44,340 nt of DNA, from assembly GCA_028274765.1 (NCBI GenBank), contig JAQCND010000540.1, positions 1 to 44,340 on the forward strand. Direction: 5' to 3'. The position numbers were made by a program, and so were the translations under genes. Positions within the stretch are counted from its first letter, which is position 1. Each line of letters begins with the position of its first letter. Positions 18,678 to 27,565 of the stretch are shown one piece after another. The notes under the pieces were generated by a model that worked only from the letters and a program-made list of their open reading frames with translations, did not search any database and was not told the origin of the DNA. This stretch comes from Bradymonadaceae bacterium (GTDB lineage Bacteria > Myxococcota_A > Bradymonadia > Bradymonadales > Bradymonadaceae).

Positions 18678-19580
18678 ATGATACCTGCAGATCCGCACAT
18701 ACTCGTCACCTACAAGAAGAGTCGGTACGAGCAGTTGGTCATCGAGTCCGACAAGGACCAGGGGCTCGAGAAGCTCGTACGAGCGGGAGATACGAGCATC
18801 GATGCGATGCGTCAGTCACATCGCACGCACTGCGACAATCTCGATCGCGTCTGTGAGGAGCTGACTCGCCGCGACCTCTCCTTCGATCGCATCCACCGGG
18901 GAGAGGTCGACTCGACCGAGGAGTACGATTTGATCATGCCCGTCGGAGGAGACGGGACGGTGCTGGACATCTCTCACCGGGTCGAGGACATCCCGGTACT
19001 GGCGATCAACTCGCATCCGACATCGTCGGTCGGATATTTCTGTGCCGGTGTGGCCGACGAGATCTCGACGCTGCTCGATCGCACCCTCGAGGCACGATGG
19101 GAGCCCCTCCACCTCCAGCGGTTTCACGTCTGTATCGATGACGAAGATTGTTCGCCGCCCATCCTCAACGACGTCCTGATCAGTCACTCGAATCCGGCGG
19201 CCGTCTCGCGCTATCTGCTTCGCATCGGCGAGGACTCCGCCGAACAGCAGCGCTCCAGCGGCATCTGGATCTCGACGCCGGCCGGATCGACGGCAGCCAT
19301 CCGCTCGGCCGGGGGCTTTGTTCTCCCGATCGAGAGCAACTGCATGGAGTATCTCGTGCGCGAACCATATCCGATGCCGGGGGAGCGATATCGATTCGGA
19401 CGAGGCGTGCTGGAGGCCGACGATCAGTTCGAAGTGATTTCGAAGATGGAAGAGGGCCACATCTACATGGATGGTCCTCACATCTCGAGGTCTTTCTCGA
19501 TCGGCGAGGTGGCGCGCATCGAGTCCGACGCGCCCTCACTCGTAATTTACGGACTCGACGAACACAGGGGAACGGCCTGA
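18678..19580 (+). CDS. nadK: NAD(+) kinase
   Basis: GGDGT motif (YDLIMPVGGDGTVLD), then INSHPTSSVGYF and the C-terminal STPAGSTAAIRSAGG typical of PpnK/NadK. ATG at 18678. Confidence 0.8.
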   Translation: MIPADPHILVTYKKSRYEQLVIESDKDQGLEKLVRAGDTSIDAMRQSHRTHCDNLDRVCEELTRRDLSFDRIHRGEVDSTEEYDLIMPVGGDGTVLDISHRVEDIPVLAINSHPTSSVGYFCAGVADEISTLLDRTLEARWEPLHLQRFHVCIDDEDCSPPILNDVLISHSNPAAVSRYLLRIGEDSAEQQRSSGIWISTPAGSTAAIRSAGGFVLPIESNCMEYLVREPYPMPGERYRFGRGVLEADDQFEVISKMEEGHIYMDGPHISRSFSIGEVARIESDAPSLVIYGLDEHRGTA

Positions 19581-19682
19581 ATCCAGTGGTATCGTTCGGA
19601 TCGGGCCGGACGACGACGGTGGACGGTGTCCGGTCGAATATCCGCATGATAAGGAAGCGAACAACATCCTTCTTTTGGTGAC

Positions 19683-20351
19683 GTGAGCCCATCGACCCCA
19701 CAGAGAGAACGCAACACCCGTGGGCCTTTTCTGCGGTATTTGGGCTGGACCGTTTTGCTGGGGATCGTATTTGGTTTCGGCCTCATTGTCGGACAGTGGT
19801 GGGTCGAACGAGACAATCCACCGTTTGTCGACACTCGGTCTTCGTTCGCTCCGTCCCCTCCCCCCGATGGTGGCTCGGATGCCTCGTCGACTCCCTCCTC
19901 ACCACCTCCTGAGTCCGACGAGTCCTCAGAGCCCCGCCTGGAATTGTCTTTCTACGACCGCCTCTCTCAAGAGGGATTGACTCCACAGCGCTCGGGCTCC
20001 AGTTCGACGTCGGCGCGCGCCGGTCCGGTCGCCGACTCGTCGGCCGACAACTCGGATGCGCCTCCTCCCTCCTCCGATGAATCAACTCCTCCCTCGTCCG
20101 AGCAACTCGACGACGATTCGGCGCGATACACGCTCCAGATCAGTGCCCACCGCGAACGAAATCGGGCCGAGTCGCGCATGCGTTCCCTGAACAAGAAGGG
20201 GCTCGATCCCTATCTCGTGTCGGCGGAACTCGACGGCGAGACATACTACCGGGTGCGCCTCGGCAAATTTGCTTCGATGGACGAAGTCCGAGCCTTCAAG
20301 CAGGCGATCGAGCGCAAACGAGGGGTTGACGCCTCCATTGTGCCCTTCTGA
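19683..20351 (+). CDS. SPOR domain-containing membrane protein
   Basis: N-terminal TM helix (LGWTVLLGIVFGFGLIVGQWW), a Ser/Pro-rich linker and a C-terminal SPOR-like domain (YTLQISAHRERNRAESRMRSLNKKGLDPYLVSAELDGETYYRVRLGKFAS). GTG start. Confidence 0.75.
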   Translation: MSPSTPQRERNTRGPFLRYLGWTVLLGIVFGFGLIVGQWWVERDNPPFVDTRSSFAPSPPPDGGSDASSTPSSPPPESDESSEPRLELSFYDRLSQEGLTPQRSGSSSTSARAGPVADSSADNSDAPPPSSDESTPPSSEQLDDDSARYTLQISAHRERNRAESRMRSLNKKGLDPYLVSAELDGETYYRVRLGKFASMDEVRAFKQAIERKRGVDASIVPF

Positions 20352-20371
20352 GGTCACGGACCCAACCGAGG

Positions 20372-21595
20372 TCACTCTCCCCAATCCTCGAGCCGCGAGG
20401 TCGCCTCCACGTGGTTGGGCTCGAGCTCGAGGACGCGCCGGAGAGCGTCTCGGGCCAGCTCGAGTTGCCCGCGCTGGTGGGCCAATTCAGCCTTTCGCAA
20501 CAGCAGGGGCAGGGCGTGCTCGAGTTTGTAGTCCGGCATGATCTTCTGCCGATACTTGTGCCGGGTTTCGCGGTATTTCAGTACTTCGTACGCTTTCTCG
20601 ACCCGGTCGGCGATCTCTCCGGCCTTCTGAAGGATGTCGAGTGGCACCTCGTCGGGGAGACGCTCCGTGTCATAACGATTACGGAGCGTCTCGAAGGCGG
20701 CGTCGGTCACCTCGTTGTAGCTCGACCAGTGAATGTTCAAGACCTCGAAGTAACTCGCTTTGTGGACGCTCAGGTGCTTGGTCTCGACGATCTCGCCGAA
20801 GCGCTCGGCCTCGAGTTCGGGCATGGCTGTCGTACGGAAGTCGACGAGCTCCATCGAGCGCAGGGCCGAGAGCACGGCGATCGTCTCGCCGGGGGGGAGC
20901 GGACTGTGCGTGATGATCTGTTCAAAGCGATGACGTCCGTCGATGAAGTGTTCGCCGAGTTCTCGATGTGAGGGCTCGGAAAACGACCGCTCCAGACGAC
21001 CAGAGGTTCCCTCGACACGCCTCGGATAAGTGCCCCCGTACATGTCGATCATGGCTTCCCATTCCTCGGGTTCGAGCTGAGAAAATCGCTCGAAACGACG
21101 TCGAAACACGACCTGCTCGGGGGCGACGTGGGCCCGCAGCTCGGAGGGGGGAAGCGAGGCGTCGAGGTTCTCGAACGAGGGCTGATAGAGCTCGGTGCGA
21201 CCTCCCGACACATCACAGAGTTGATGGAGGAGGTAAGTCAGTCGACTCGTCGCGGCCTGTCGGATGTGCTCACGTTCCAGGATCTCGAGCTTCCACAAGA
21301 CTGCTCGGAGCGTACGGTCGTGCTGATCGGCTCGCTCTCGAGCTCGTTCGAGGTCTCGGCCGGAGATTTGCTCGCCGAGTCGGAGCATGGTCCCGAGTTG
21401 CTCCTCGTCTCGGGAGGGACGAGTGAGCACTTCGAAGATGAATCCCTCCTCGAAGAGGATCTGATCCGTGCGTTCGCCCCGGGCGTGTTGCGCAATACCC
21501 GAAAAGGCTCGTTCGGAGAGTGTCAGCAACAGCTCTTCGATGTCGCTCCCCTCGCATTGCTCGACGGGAGAGATGTCGTTCGGCTCGAACCACAT
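20372..21595 (-). CDS. DUF4388 (PatA-N-like) protein with an HPD-less J-like domain and a C-terminal TPR-like helix pair
   Basis: The N-terminus fits the DUF4388 pattern (GSDIEELLLTLSERAFSGIAQHARGERTDQILFEEGFIFEV). Residues ~280-350 look like a J domain (YFEVLN...AYEVLKYRETRHKY) but have RYDTERLPD where HPD should be. An AGGAG lies 8 nt before the ATG. Confidence 0.6.
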   Translation of the reverse strand: MWFEPNDISPVEQCEGSDIEELLLTLSERAFSGIAQHARGERTDQILFEEGFIFEVLTRPSRDEEQLGTMLRLGEQISGRDLERARERADQHDRTLRAVLWKLEILEREHIRQAATSRLTYLLHQLCDVSGGRTELYQPSFENLDASLPPSELRAHVAPEQVVFRRRFERFSQLEPEEWEAMIDMYGGTYPRRVEGTSGRLERSFSEPSHRELGEHFIDGRHRFEQIITHSPLPPGETIAVLSALRSMELVDFRTTAMPELEAERFGEIVETKHLSVHKASYFEVLNIHWSSYNEVTDAAFETLRNRYDTERLPDEVPLDILQKAGEIADRVEKAYEVLKYRETRHKYRQKIMPDYKLEHALPLLLRKAELAHQRGQLELARDALRRVLELEPNHVEATSRLEDWGE

Positions 21596-21625
21596 GGATG
21601 GTCTCAGCTCCTCTCGAGCTAAAAG

Positions 21626-23047
21626 TCAGTCGGACGTCGACTTCGACGTCTCGGAGGAGGCGTCGGCTTCCGAGGAGTCAGGAGTGGGCTCGCCGGATTC
21701 GTCCTCCGGCGGGGGGGCACTCGTCGGCTCGGAGGACGTCTCTTCGTCGATCGAGTCGCCCGTCCCGGCTTCAGTCGCTTCGTCTCCGGGCGGGGCGGCA
21801 TTTGTCGGTTCGGGGGACGGCGAGTCATCGGTTGAGGGACCCGCCTTGAAGGCCGCTCGGAGCCGGCGCTCGCGAGCAGGTCCTGCGTAAAATTCAGTCT
21901 GTTTATAATACCGGACGAAATCGGGGAACAAGACCTTGAGGGCTGAAAAGAGGGGAATCGACAGAATAATGCCCAGCAATCCCGCCAGTTCCCCGCCGAT
22001 CAGCACCAAAATGATGACCATGACGGGCGAGAGTCCCACCTTGTTTCCGACCAGCTGAGGCGTAATGAGATATCCCTCCAGCATCTGGACGACCACGAAG
22101 ACGAGGGCCACCGTCAGAAAGGGGGTGAATCCAGCAGCGTTGAGGACGACCATCAACATCGAGAGGATGACGCCGATGGCGACCCCGAAGTAAGGGATGA
22201 AATTCAGCAATCCAGCCAGCACTCCGATGGCGATGCCACTTTTGAGGTCGATGCCGGCGAGTGCGAACGCGATGCTCAATCCGATGGCGTACAGCACGGC
22301 CAGCGTCAGCGCGACCTGGACTTGCCCCCGACACCACTCCCCGACAACCTCGTCCATCTCATGGAGCCGCTTCAGGATGAGATCGCGCCGGTGTTCGGGG
22401 ATGAATTCGACCATGCGCTTGCGCATGCGGTCGAAGTCGCGCAGGAAAAAGAAGCTGAAAATCGGGATCATGACGATGTTGACTAGGCCCGAGACGAAGG
22501 AACCCGTCTGGCTGAGGAGGTTCTGGGTCCAGCTCCCCATCTGGTTGAAGACGTCCGGCAGCGAGTTGGTGATCGGCTGACCGTACTTTTCGAACCCCGC
22601 CGCGACAGTCGAAGGGACTTCGTACTCGAACGTCTCTTCGATCCAGGGGATCGTGTCCGTGCGAAAGGTCTCGAGCAACTCGGGCGCGCGGTTGACGAGG
22701 TTTCTGGTCTGCTCGACAAACGTCGGGTAGAGAAAGAGCGAAAAGAGGGTGACGAAGATCATGCCGGAGATGATGACGACCACGATCCCGAGCGTCCGGC
22801 GGACCCCTCGTGCTTCAAACCAGTCGAGCAGCGGATCGAGCAAATATGCGATCAGGAGACTGATAAAGACCGGAAGCAGCACGCCCCAAACGGCGGAGAG
22901 CGCATAGTAGAGGAGAATGACGATCGCCCCGTAGAAGACGAGGCGGGCGAGCCGGAAAAGATAGGTCGCCTCGGGGTACCGATCGAGCCATTCGACCCGT
23001 TCGGTCGACGAACCATTCGAACCTCTCTCCTCCTCGGAGGTCGTCAT
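21626..23047 (-). CDS. AI-2E family (UPF0118/PerM-like) transporter with an acidic Ser-rich C-terminal tail
   Basis: Multi-span membrane protein with the family-typical LLIAYLLDPLLDWFEARGVRRTLGIVVV. The tail of about 90 aa is D/E/S/P-rich. Its ATG overlaps the upstream stop (ATGA). Confidence 0.8.
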   Translation of the reverse strand: MTTSEEERGSNGSSTERVEWLDRYPEATYLFRLARLVFYGAIVILLYYALSAVWGVLLPVFISLLIAYLLDPLLDWFEARGVRRTLGIVVVIISGMIFVTLFSLFLYPTFVEQTRNLVNRAPELLETFRTDTIPWIEETFEYEVPSTVAAGFEKYGQPITNSLPDVFNQMGSWTQNLLSQTGSFVSGLVNIVMIPIFSFFFLRDFDRMRKRMVEFIPEHRRDLILKRLHEMDEVVGEWCRGQVQVALTLAVLYAIGLSIAFALAGIDLKSGIAIGVLAGLLNFIPYFGVAIGVILSMLMVVLNAAGFTPFLTVALVFVVVQMLEGYLITPQLVGNKVGLSPVMVIILVLIGGELAGLLGIILSIPLFSALKVLFPDFVRYYKQTEFYAGPARERRLRAAFKAGPSTDDSPSPEPTNAAPPGDEATEAGTGDSIDEETSSEPTSAPPPEDESGEPTPDSSEADASSETSKSTSD

Positions 23048-24027
23048 GGGGGCTCTCCTTGAGGTGAAGACTCACGCCTCGTTTCCTCGGATGTCGATGG
23101 AAACGTCCCGGTGATGCGAACCTCGAAGGCGGCTCCTTCCCCGTCTCGCTCATCCGCTGATCGGGGCTTGAGACGGAGGGGGCTGAAATTGTGCGTGCGC
23201 AACGCGTCGGCCGCTCGCCGGACGAGTTGCGTATCCGCGGATCGATCGGGATTGAGTTCGAGCGCGATCACCCCTTCGGCCGCCCAGCGGACCGCCGTCT
23301 GCTCGATCGGATCGAGTGCCTCGACGGTGCGTCGAATGGCCTTGAGCGCGGCCATGCGCTCGAGCCCGTGAAATTTCAACAGGAGCTCGTTGTCTTCGAT
23401 CCCGACCTCGCCGGAGACGATCGAGAGCGTCTGAGCCAGCAGTTCGGCGACGGGAGGCATCAAACGTCGGCGTGCGCGCTCGAGGCTCTCGCCGCCGTCG
23501 CCGCGCGATGCTTCGACATAGATACTCCGTTCGAAGCGATAGGTCCGAAGTACCTCCGGAGACGAAGCCGTGACATCGATTAGCTTCAGGGAGGCCTCGG
23601 CGACGACGCCTCGAAGTCCCGTAGGCGCCAGCGGAGACGTGCGTTGGTACGTCACGTCTCCCAGTACGATGCGACGCGCTCCGAGCACCGACCCCAGAGC
23701 GGCCGCGTTGTTGGTCGACAACTGGGGACGCTGGTAGATGCGACTGATGCGAGTCTCATCGCCGGGACGCAAAAAGGCGATACGGTGCGTCTCGAGAGCG
23801 TCCATCAGTTGTCGATCCGTCCCGGTCCATGCGGGCTCGGCCGGGTTGGACCACCAGAAGGATGTCTGCTCAGTCTCGCCCTCGGTCGAGACGAGGCGTT
23901 CGGTGATCAAAAAGAGTACCGGATCGGCTTCGTCGAAGGACTGAGCCCGGACTGAGGTCGTTCCCCACCCCCCGAAGAGCGCGAGAACGACGAGCCCCCC
24001 CACGAACGTCATACGTCGAGACATCAT
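23044..24027 (-). CDS. secreted hypothetical protein (signal peptide, mixed alpha/beta)
   Basis: Signal peptide MMSRRMTFVGGLVVLALFGGWGTTSVRAQS. I recognise no motif. It has ATGA overlaps with both neighbours. Confidence 0.6.
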   Translation of the reverse strand: MMSRRMTFVGGLVVLALFGGWGTTSVRAQSFDEADPVLFLITERLVSTEGETEQTSFWWSNPAEPAWTGTDRQLMDALETHRIAFLRPGDETRISRIYQRPQLSTNNAAALGSVLGARRIVLGDVTYQRTSPLAPTGLRGVVAEASLKLIDVTASSPEVLRTYRFERSIYVEASRGDGGESLERARRRLMPPVAELLAQTLSIVSGEVGIEDNELLLKFHGLERMAALKAIRRTVEALDPIEQTAVRWAAEGVIALELNPDRSADTQLVRRAADALRTHNFSPLRLKPRSADERDGEGAAFEVRITGTFPSTSEETRRESSPQGEPP

Positions 24028-24749
24028 GACTGTTGCTCGAGTTCAACCTCGATCTCTTTAGTCTGTCCTCGCCCGAGTTCGACGTCGGACGAGCCCTGGA
24101 AGGTCGTATTGCCGTCCGCGTCGTTGCCCTCGAGCTGGACCCGATACTCGCCAGGCGTGATGTCCTGAACGGAGGTCTCGCCGTCGCCGCAGGCGATGCC
24201 GGACTCGGCGGCCTCTTCGGCGTTGAATTCCGACCCGAAGACCTTGACGTCGATGGTCTCGACGTCGTTTTGTCCGCAGAGACGGCCGTTGTCAAAGAAC
24301 CAGCTGATCTGGAGTTCGCCGCGTTTGACGGTCAGATCGATTTCGGCGACGTTGGAGGATTCAGCACTCCGCACGGTCTTGGTCTTGGTCGTATCGCCCG
24401 TATAGATGACGTCGCCATCGGCATTGAGGCCGACGAGCTCGACACGGTAGTTGGCGGGTTGAAGCCCGCCGATCGTTCCCTCGTTTTGGGTACAATCGAA
24501 CGTTTTGGTGCGAGAGCCCCCTCCGTTTTGAACGTTGAGCCGGGCTTCGACTTCTTCAACCCCGGCCGCGTCGCATCCATCGAGTTCGACGGACCACGAG
24601 ACGTTCATGGTTCCACTCTGCTGATTGGTTCCACTCTGCTGATTGCCTCCCCCACATGCGCCGGCGACCGACAACAACAACAAACTGCCCGCGAGGGCGA
24701 AGATGCTTTGCAGCCACGTCGAACGAGCGTTGGGTGTCGTCGTCTCCAT
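24024..24749 (-). CDS. lipoprotein with two internal ~95-aa beta-rich repeats
   Basis: Lipobox (ALAGSLLLLSVAGAC). Two similar halves are each built around ...SW...C...V.....G.Y.V.L.G...DG (ANYRVELVGLNADGD and GEYRVQLEGNDADGN). ATG at 24749. Confidence 0.65.
   Translation of the reverse strand: METTTPNARSTWLQSIFALAGSLLLLSVAGACGGGNQQSGTNQQSGTMNVSWSVELDGCDAAGVEEVEARLNVQNGGGSRTKTFDCTQNEGTIGGLQPANYRVELVGLNADGDVIYTGDTTKTKTVRSAESSNVAEIDLTVKRGELQISWFFDNGRLCGQNDVETIDVKVFGSEFNAEEAAESGIACGDGETSVQDITPGEYRVQLEGNDADGNTTFQGSSDVELGRGQTKEIEVELEQQS
24609..24644. repeat. perfect 18-bp tandem duplication (GGTTCCACTCTGCTGATT x2)
   Basis: Read directly from the sequence. It encodes NQQSGT-NQQSGT just after the lipobox Cys of the 24024..24749 lipoprotein. 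Confidence 0.9.
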
Positions 24750-24921
24750 GTGGAATCTCCTGGGGGAACCCCTCGAGAGGGATATGCGATGTCGATGCTT
24801 GCATAGCGTATCGTGTTGCATTCGTTCGTCAACGTCGGTGCGTCTCAGCAATATCGAGCCGATATCGCCGATTCCCCCCATCGTTCAACTATATACTCAC
24901 GAGCCTCGATGACACGTTCTC

Positions 24922-24939
24922 CCAGAGACGCGTCTCTGG
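24922..24939. promoter_or_regulatory. perfect 18-bp palindrome CCAGAGACGCGTCTCTGG in a divergent promoter region
   Basis: Read directly. It lies in the ~470-bp spacer between the lipoprotein/AI-2E operon (-) and the TrmN6-like gene (+). It is a candidate operator or a hairpin. Confidence 0.25.
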
Positions 24940-25219
24940 ACGCCGTTCGATGGAGGACAATCGCATGTGAACATGTTCTCTCCGTTATCGGCCAGCTGGG
25001 AGCCGGCGCTCCGGAGAGGCGTCGGATCATAGATGACCTCGAGCCCCCTTTGGAGCGCTAGCCCCTTGCTAGCCGATAAGATGTGCTTCGAGGGGGAAAG
25101 GAGTCCCTTGTCGTGTCGTCTACACGTCCAATGCGATTGCTCTATCGTTCGATTTGTCGGGTTGCGTTCGATCGTGATACGCTCGCCGCGATGGTCGAGC
25201 GAGGATCCCACATGTTCGA

Positions 25220-26005
25220 ATGCACCATCACCACCTCCACGATGCCGTGAACGACACGCCCAGTGAGCCCAGACTGACGCGAGATACCATTTCGGAGGGG
25301 GCTCTCGAGCTCCTCCAGCACGAGGATGGATATCGCTTCGGACTCGACGCCGTTCTGTTGGCCACCGATCTGCCCGATATCGACGACGGAGCTCGTCTCG
25401 TCGAACTGGGAGCGGGGCAGGGACTCGTCGCACTGGCAGTTGCCACGCGCTTCTCCGAGGCCACTGTCCGAGCCGTCGAGCGTCAGGACTCGCTCGCCGA
25501 GCTCCTGGAGACCAACATTGAACACAACGGACTGGAGGCCCGCGTCGACGCCATCCATGGCGACGTCCGAAACTATCGCGATCTCTTCGAACCCCATACG
25601 GCCGAGCTCGTGCTCTGCAACCCGCCGTACTATCCGGAGGGATCGCGTCGCATGAGCGACGACCCGGAGCGAGCGGCCGCTCGCCACGAACTCGCCGGCG
25701 ATCTGAGCGATTTCGTACGGGCGGCTCAGTACGTGGCAACCCAGCGAGGCCGACTCAAAATCATCGTGCCCCCCATTCGACTCGGAGATCTCGTCGAAGC
25801 CGTCGACGAGACTGATTTTTCATTCGAGTGGATGCGCTATTTTCATTCGCGTCCCGACAGTGACGCCTACCTGCTCGAATCGGGTCTGCGACGGGGAGGA
25901 GCCGCCGACGTCTCGGTGCGCCCGCCGCTGATCGTCTACGATGGATCCGAGTACGGAGACGAAGTTCGGTCGCGCATCGATACAGCAGCCCGGGCTATCG
26001 ATTGA
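25220..26005 (+). CDS. tRNA (adenine-N6)-methyltransferase-like (TrmN6/YfiC family) SAM methyltransferase
   Basis: YRFGLDAVLLA, VELGAGQGLVALAVA and the NPPY catalytic motif (LVLCNPPYY) followed by AARHE. Confidence 0.7.
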   Translation: MHHHHLHDAVNDTPSEPRLTRDTISEGALELLQHEDGYRFGLDAVLLATDLPDIDDGARLVELGAGQGLVALAVATRFSEATVRAVERQDSLAELLETNIEHNGLEARVDAIHGDVRNYRDLFEPHTAELVLCNPPYYPEGSRRMSDDPERAAARHELAGDLSDFVRAAQYVATQRGRLKIIVPPIRLGDLVEAVDETDFSFEWMRYFHSRPDSDAYLLESGLRRGGAADVSVRPPLIVYDGSEYGDEVRSRIDTAARAID

Positions 26006-26483
26006 GGAGAGTTCGTACCGACAACACCGGGAAGCTCAACCCCGACTCCGTGCGGCGACGTCCGTCGGGACGCCCCGTGATCTCGACACGTTCGAAGCCC
26101 CTCGATGCCGAGGCTCGCCGTCGGAACGCCTCGAGCTCCTCCTCGACATTCGAGTCCGTGGGTTCGAGGTGGACGCGCGTCCACTGGCCATGCGCGAACA
26201 TCTCGAAGGAGGGAGATTGACATCGAGCGGGATTGAAACGGACCGACACCGTGTACGTATCGCGACTATCGCTGATCTCGAAGGCACGCTCGGTGCTCCG
26301 GGCGACGAGTTCGCGGCTGCGATCCAGGGCTACTTTCGAGGGAGGGGGGGCGGGCGTATCGGGTGCGGAGCGACACCCCAGGGCGAGGCCACTCAACACG
26401 CACCAGGCCCCCGCTGAGAGTAGACAATTCCGCAGCCCTACGTGTGAGAGTCGACACGTCACGTATCGTATCGCCGGTATCAT
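25995..26483 (-). CDS. small putative lipoprotein
   Basis: Candidate signal peptide and lipobox (LLSAGAWCVLSGLALGC). It starts 80 nt downstream of the MBL-like gene on the same strand. Start uncertain. Confidence 0.45.
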   Translation of the reverse strand: MIPAIRYVTCRLSHVGLRNCLLSAGAWCVLSGLALGCRSAPDTPAPPPSKVALDRSRELVARSTERAFEISDSRDTYTVSVRFNPARCQSPSFEMFAHGQWTRVHLEPTDSNVEEELEAFRRRASASRGFERVEITGRPDGRRRTESGLSFPVLSVRTLLNR

Positions 26484-26563
26484 GAGAGGGGAGTACGGAG
26501 GGGAACCGGACGCCGTGTCCGAGAGATAGCATCCCGCCATCGGTATGCGAGAGGGTTCGAGGG

Positions 26564-27562
26564 TTAGACGTCCCGAAGGTCTTCGCGCGGGTCCTCGAAG
26601 TCGGTGCCGTAGCGCCTCGCCAACCCATCACCCTCTGCCTCGATCATGCGCGATCGCACCAGTTCCTCCAGGACGACACGGTAAGGGCGAATCGCGAGCA
26701 CCAGTTCGGGGAGGGTCTCGGGAAGATATCCCAGGTCTCGTTTGACGAACTCGACGAGCGTCGGCTCGTTGTACATCGCCGAGGGGGCGTTGCTCAAAAA
26801 GTTGTCGAGAAAACGATGGTTGCCTCGGAGGACGAAATCGGCGCGGTCTCGGGGTCGACCCCGATTGGGAAAGAGGCGTTCGGGCTCCAGATCGAGGAGA
26901 CGCTCGATCGTGTTGAGATAGGGACGCACGCCCGTCAGGTAGTCGGGAAGTCCCTGGAGACTGACATCACCCGAAAAGAGATATCCGCGCTCTTGATCGA
27001 ACAGACAGGCATGGCCGCGGGCAGGCCCCGGGGCATCGAGGATTTCGAAGGTCAGCTCGCCCGCTCGCACCGTGCGTCCATTGCGCAGCGGCACGATGTC
27101 GAGATCGGCAGTCGCGCGAGGGTAGTACTCCTCGAGAAATCGATCGATCGAGGGGAGCTCGTACCGCGAGGCGGGAACCTCCGGGGCGTCGAGGAGTCGT
27201 TCGGCAAATTCTCGAATGGCCCGACGCTCTTCATCGAGGCGAGCCTCGAGGTTGCGAGGCTGGACCATGTCCGGGCTAAACACGAAGTGATCGGCATCGG
27301 GGAAGTTTTTGGCGCCCCCGAGGGTCGCCACTCGCCAGCTCGTGTGCAAGACACGCTCGACTGCCGTCAGCTCGATGCCCGTCTGGCGGATGGCTTTCGA
27401 GACGTGCTGAAACTGGTTTGGGTGACCGGCGTTGACGAGAGCGGGCGCTTCCCCGTCGAGGAGGTAGAGATTCTGAGCGCTCGAGGCGGGCGGGGGCCAG
27501 CCGTCGGGCGAGTCAATCTCGAGGCGATAGATGTCCGGCTCGAGGTGTTCGACGTCGTGCAT
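26564..27562 (-). CDS. metallo-beta-lactamase-fold protein with a degenerate metal-binding motif
   Basis: MBL-like order IYRLEI..NLYLLDGEAPALVNAG...VLHTSWRVATLGG...APGPARGHACLF...YLFSGD. The HxHxDH motif is replaced by HTSWRVA. The ATG is 3 nt after the FHA gene stop. Confidence 0.6.
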   Translation of the reverse strand: MHDVEHLEPDIYRLEIDSPDGWPPPASSAQNLYLLDGEAPALVNAGHPNQFQHVSKAIRQTGIELTAVERVLHTSWRVATLGGAKNFPDADHFVFSPDMVQPRNLEARLDEERRAIREFAERLLDAPEVPASRYELPSIDRFLEEYYPRATADLDIVPLRNGRTVRAGELTFEILDAPGPARGHACLFDQERGYLFSGDVSLQGLPDYLTGVRPYLNTIERLLDLEPERLFPNRGRPRDRADFVLRGNHRFLDNFLSNAPSAMYNEPTLVEFVKRDLGYLPETLPELVLAIRPYRVVLEELVRSRMIEAEGDGLARRYGTDFEDPREDLRDV

Positions 27563-27565
27563 GAA

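Noticed and set aside
17073-18698. 541-aa ORF on the minus strand, longer than the plus-strand gene it overlaps
   Set aside because: It is antisense to the GT2-like CDS. The product is Arg/Gly/Pro-rich with no motif, while the plus-strand frame has a clear GT-A signature and acidic composition like the rest of the proteome. This is a typical high-GC antisense artefact.
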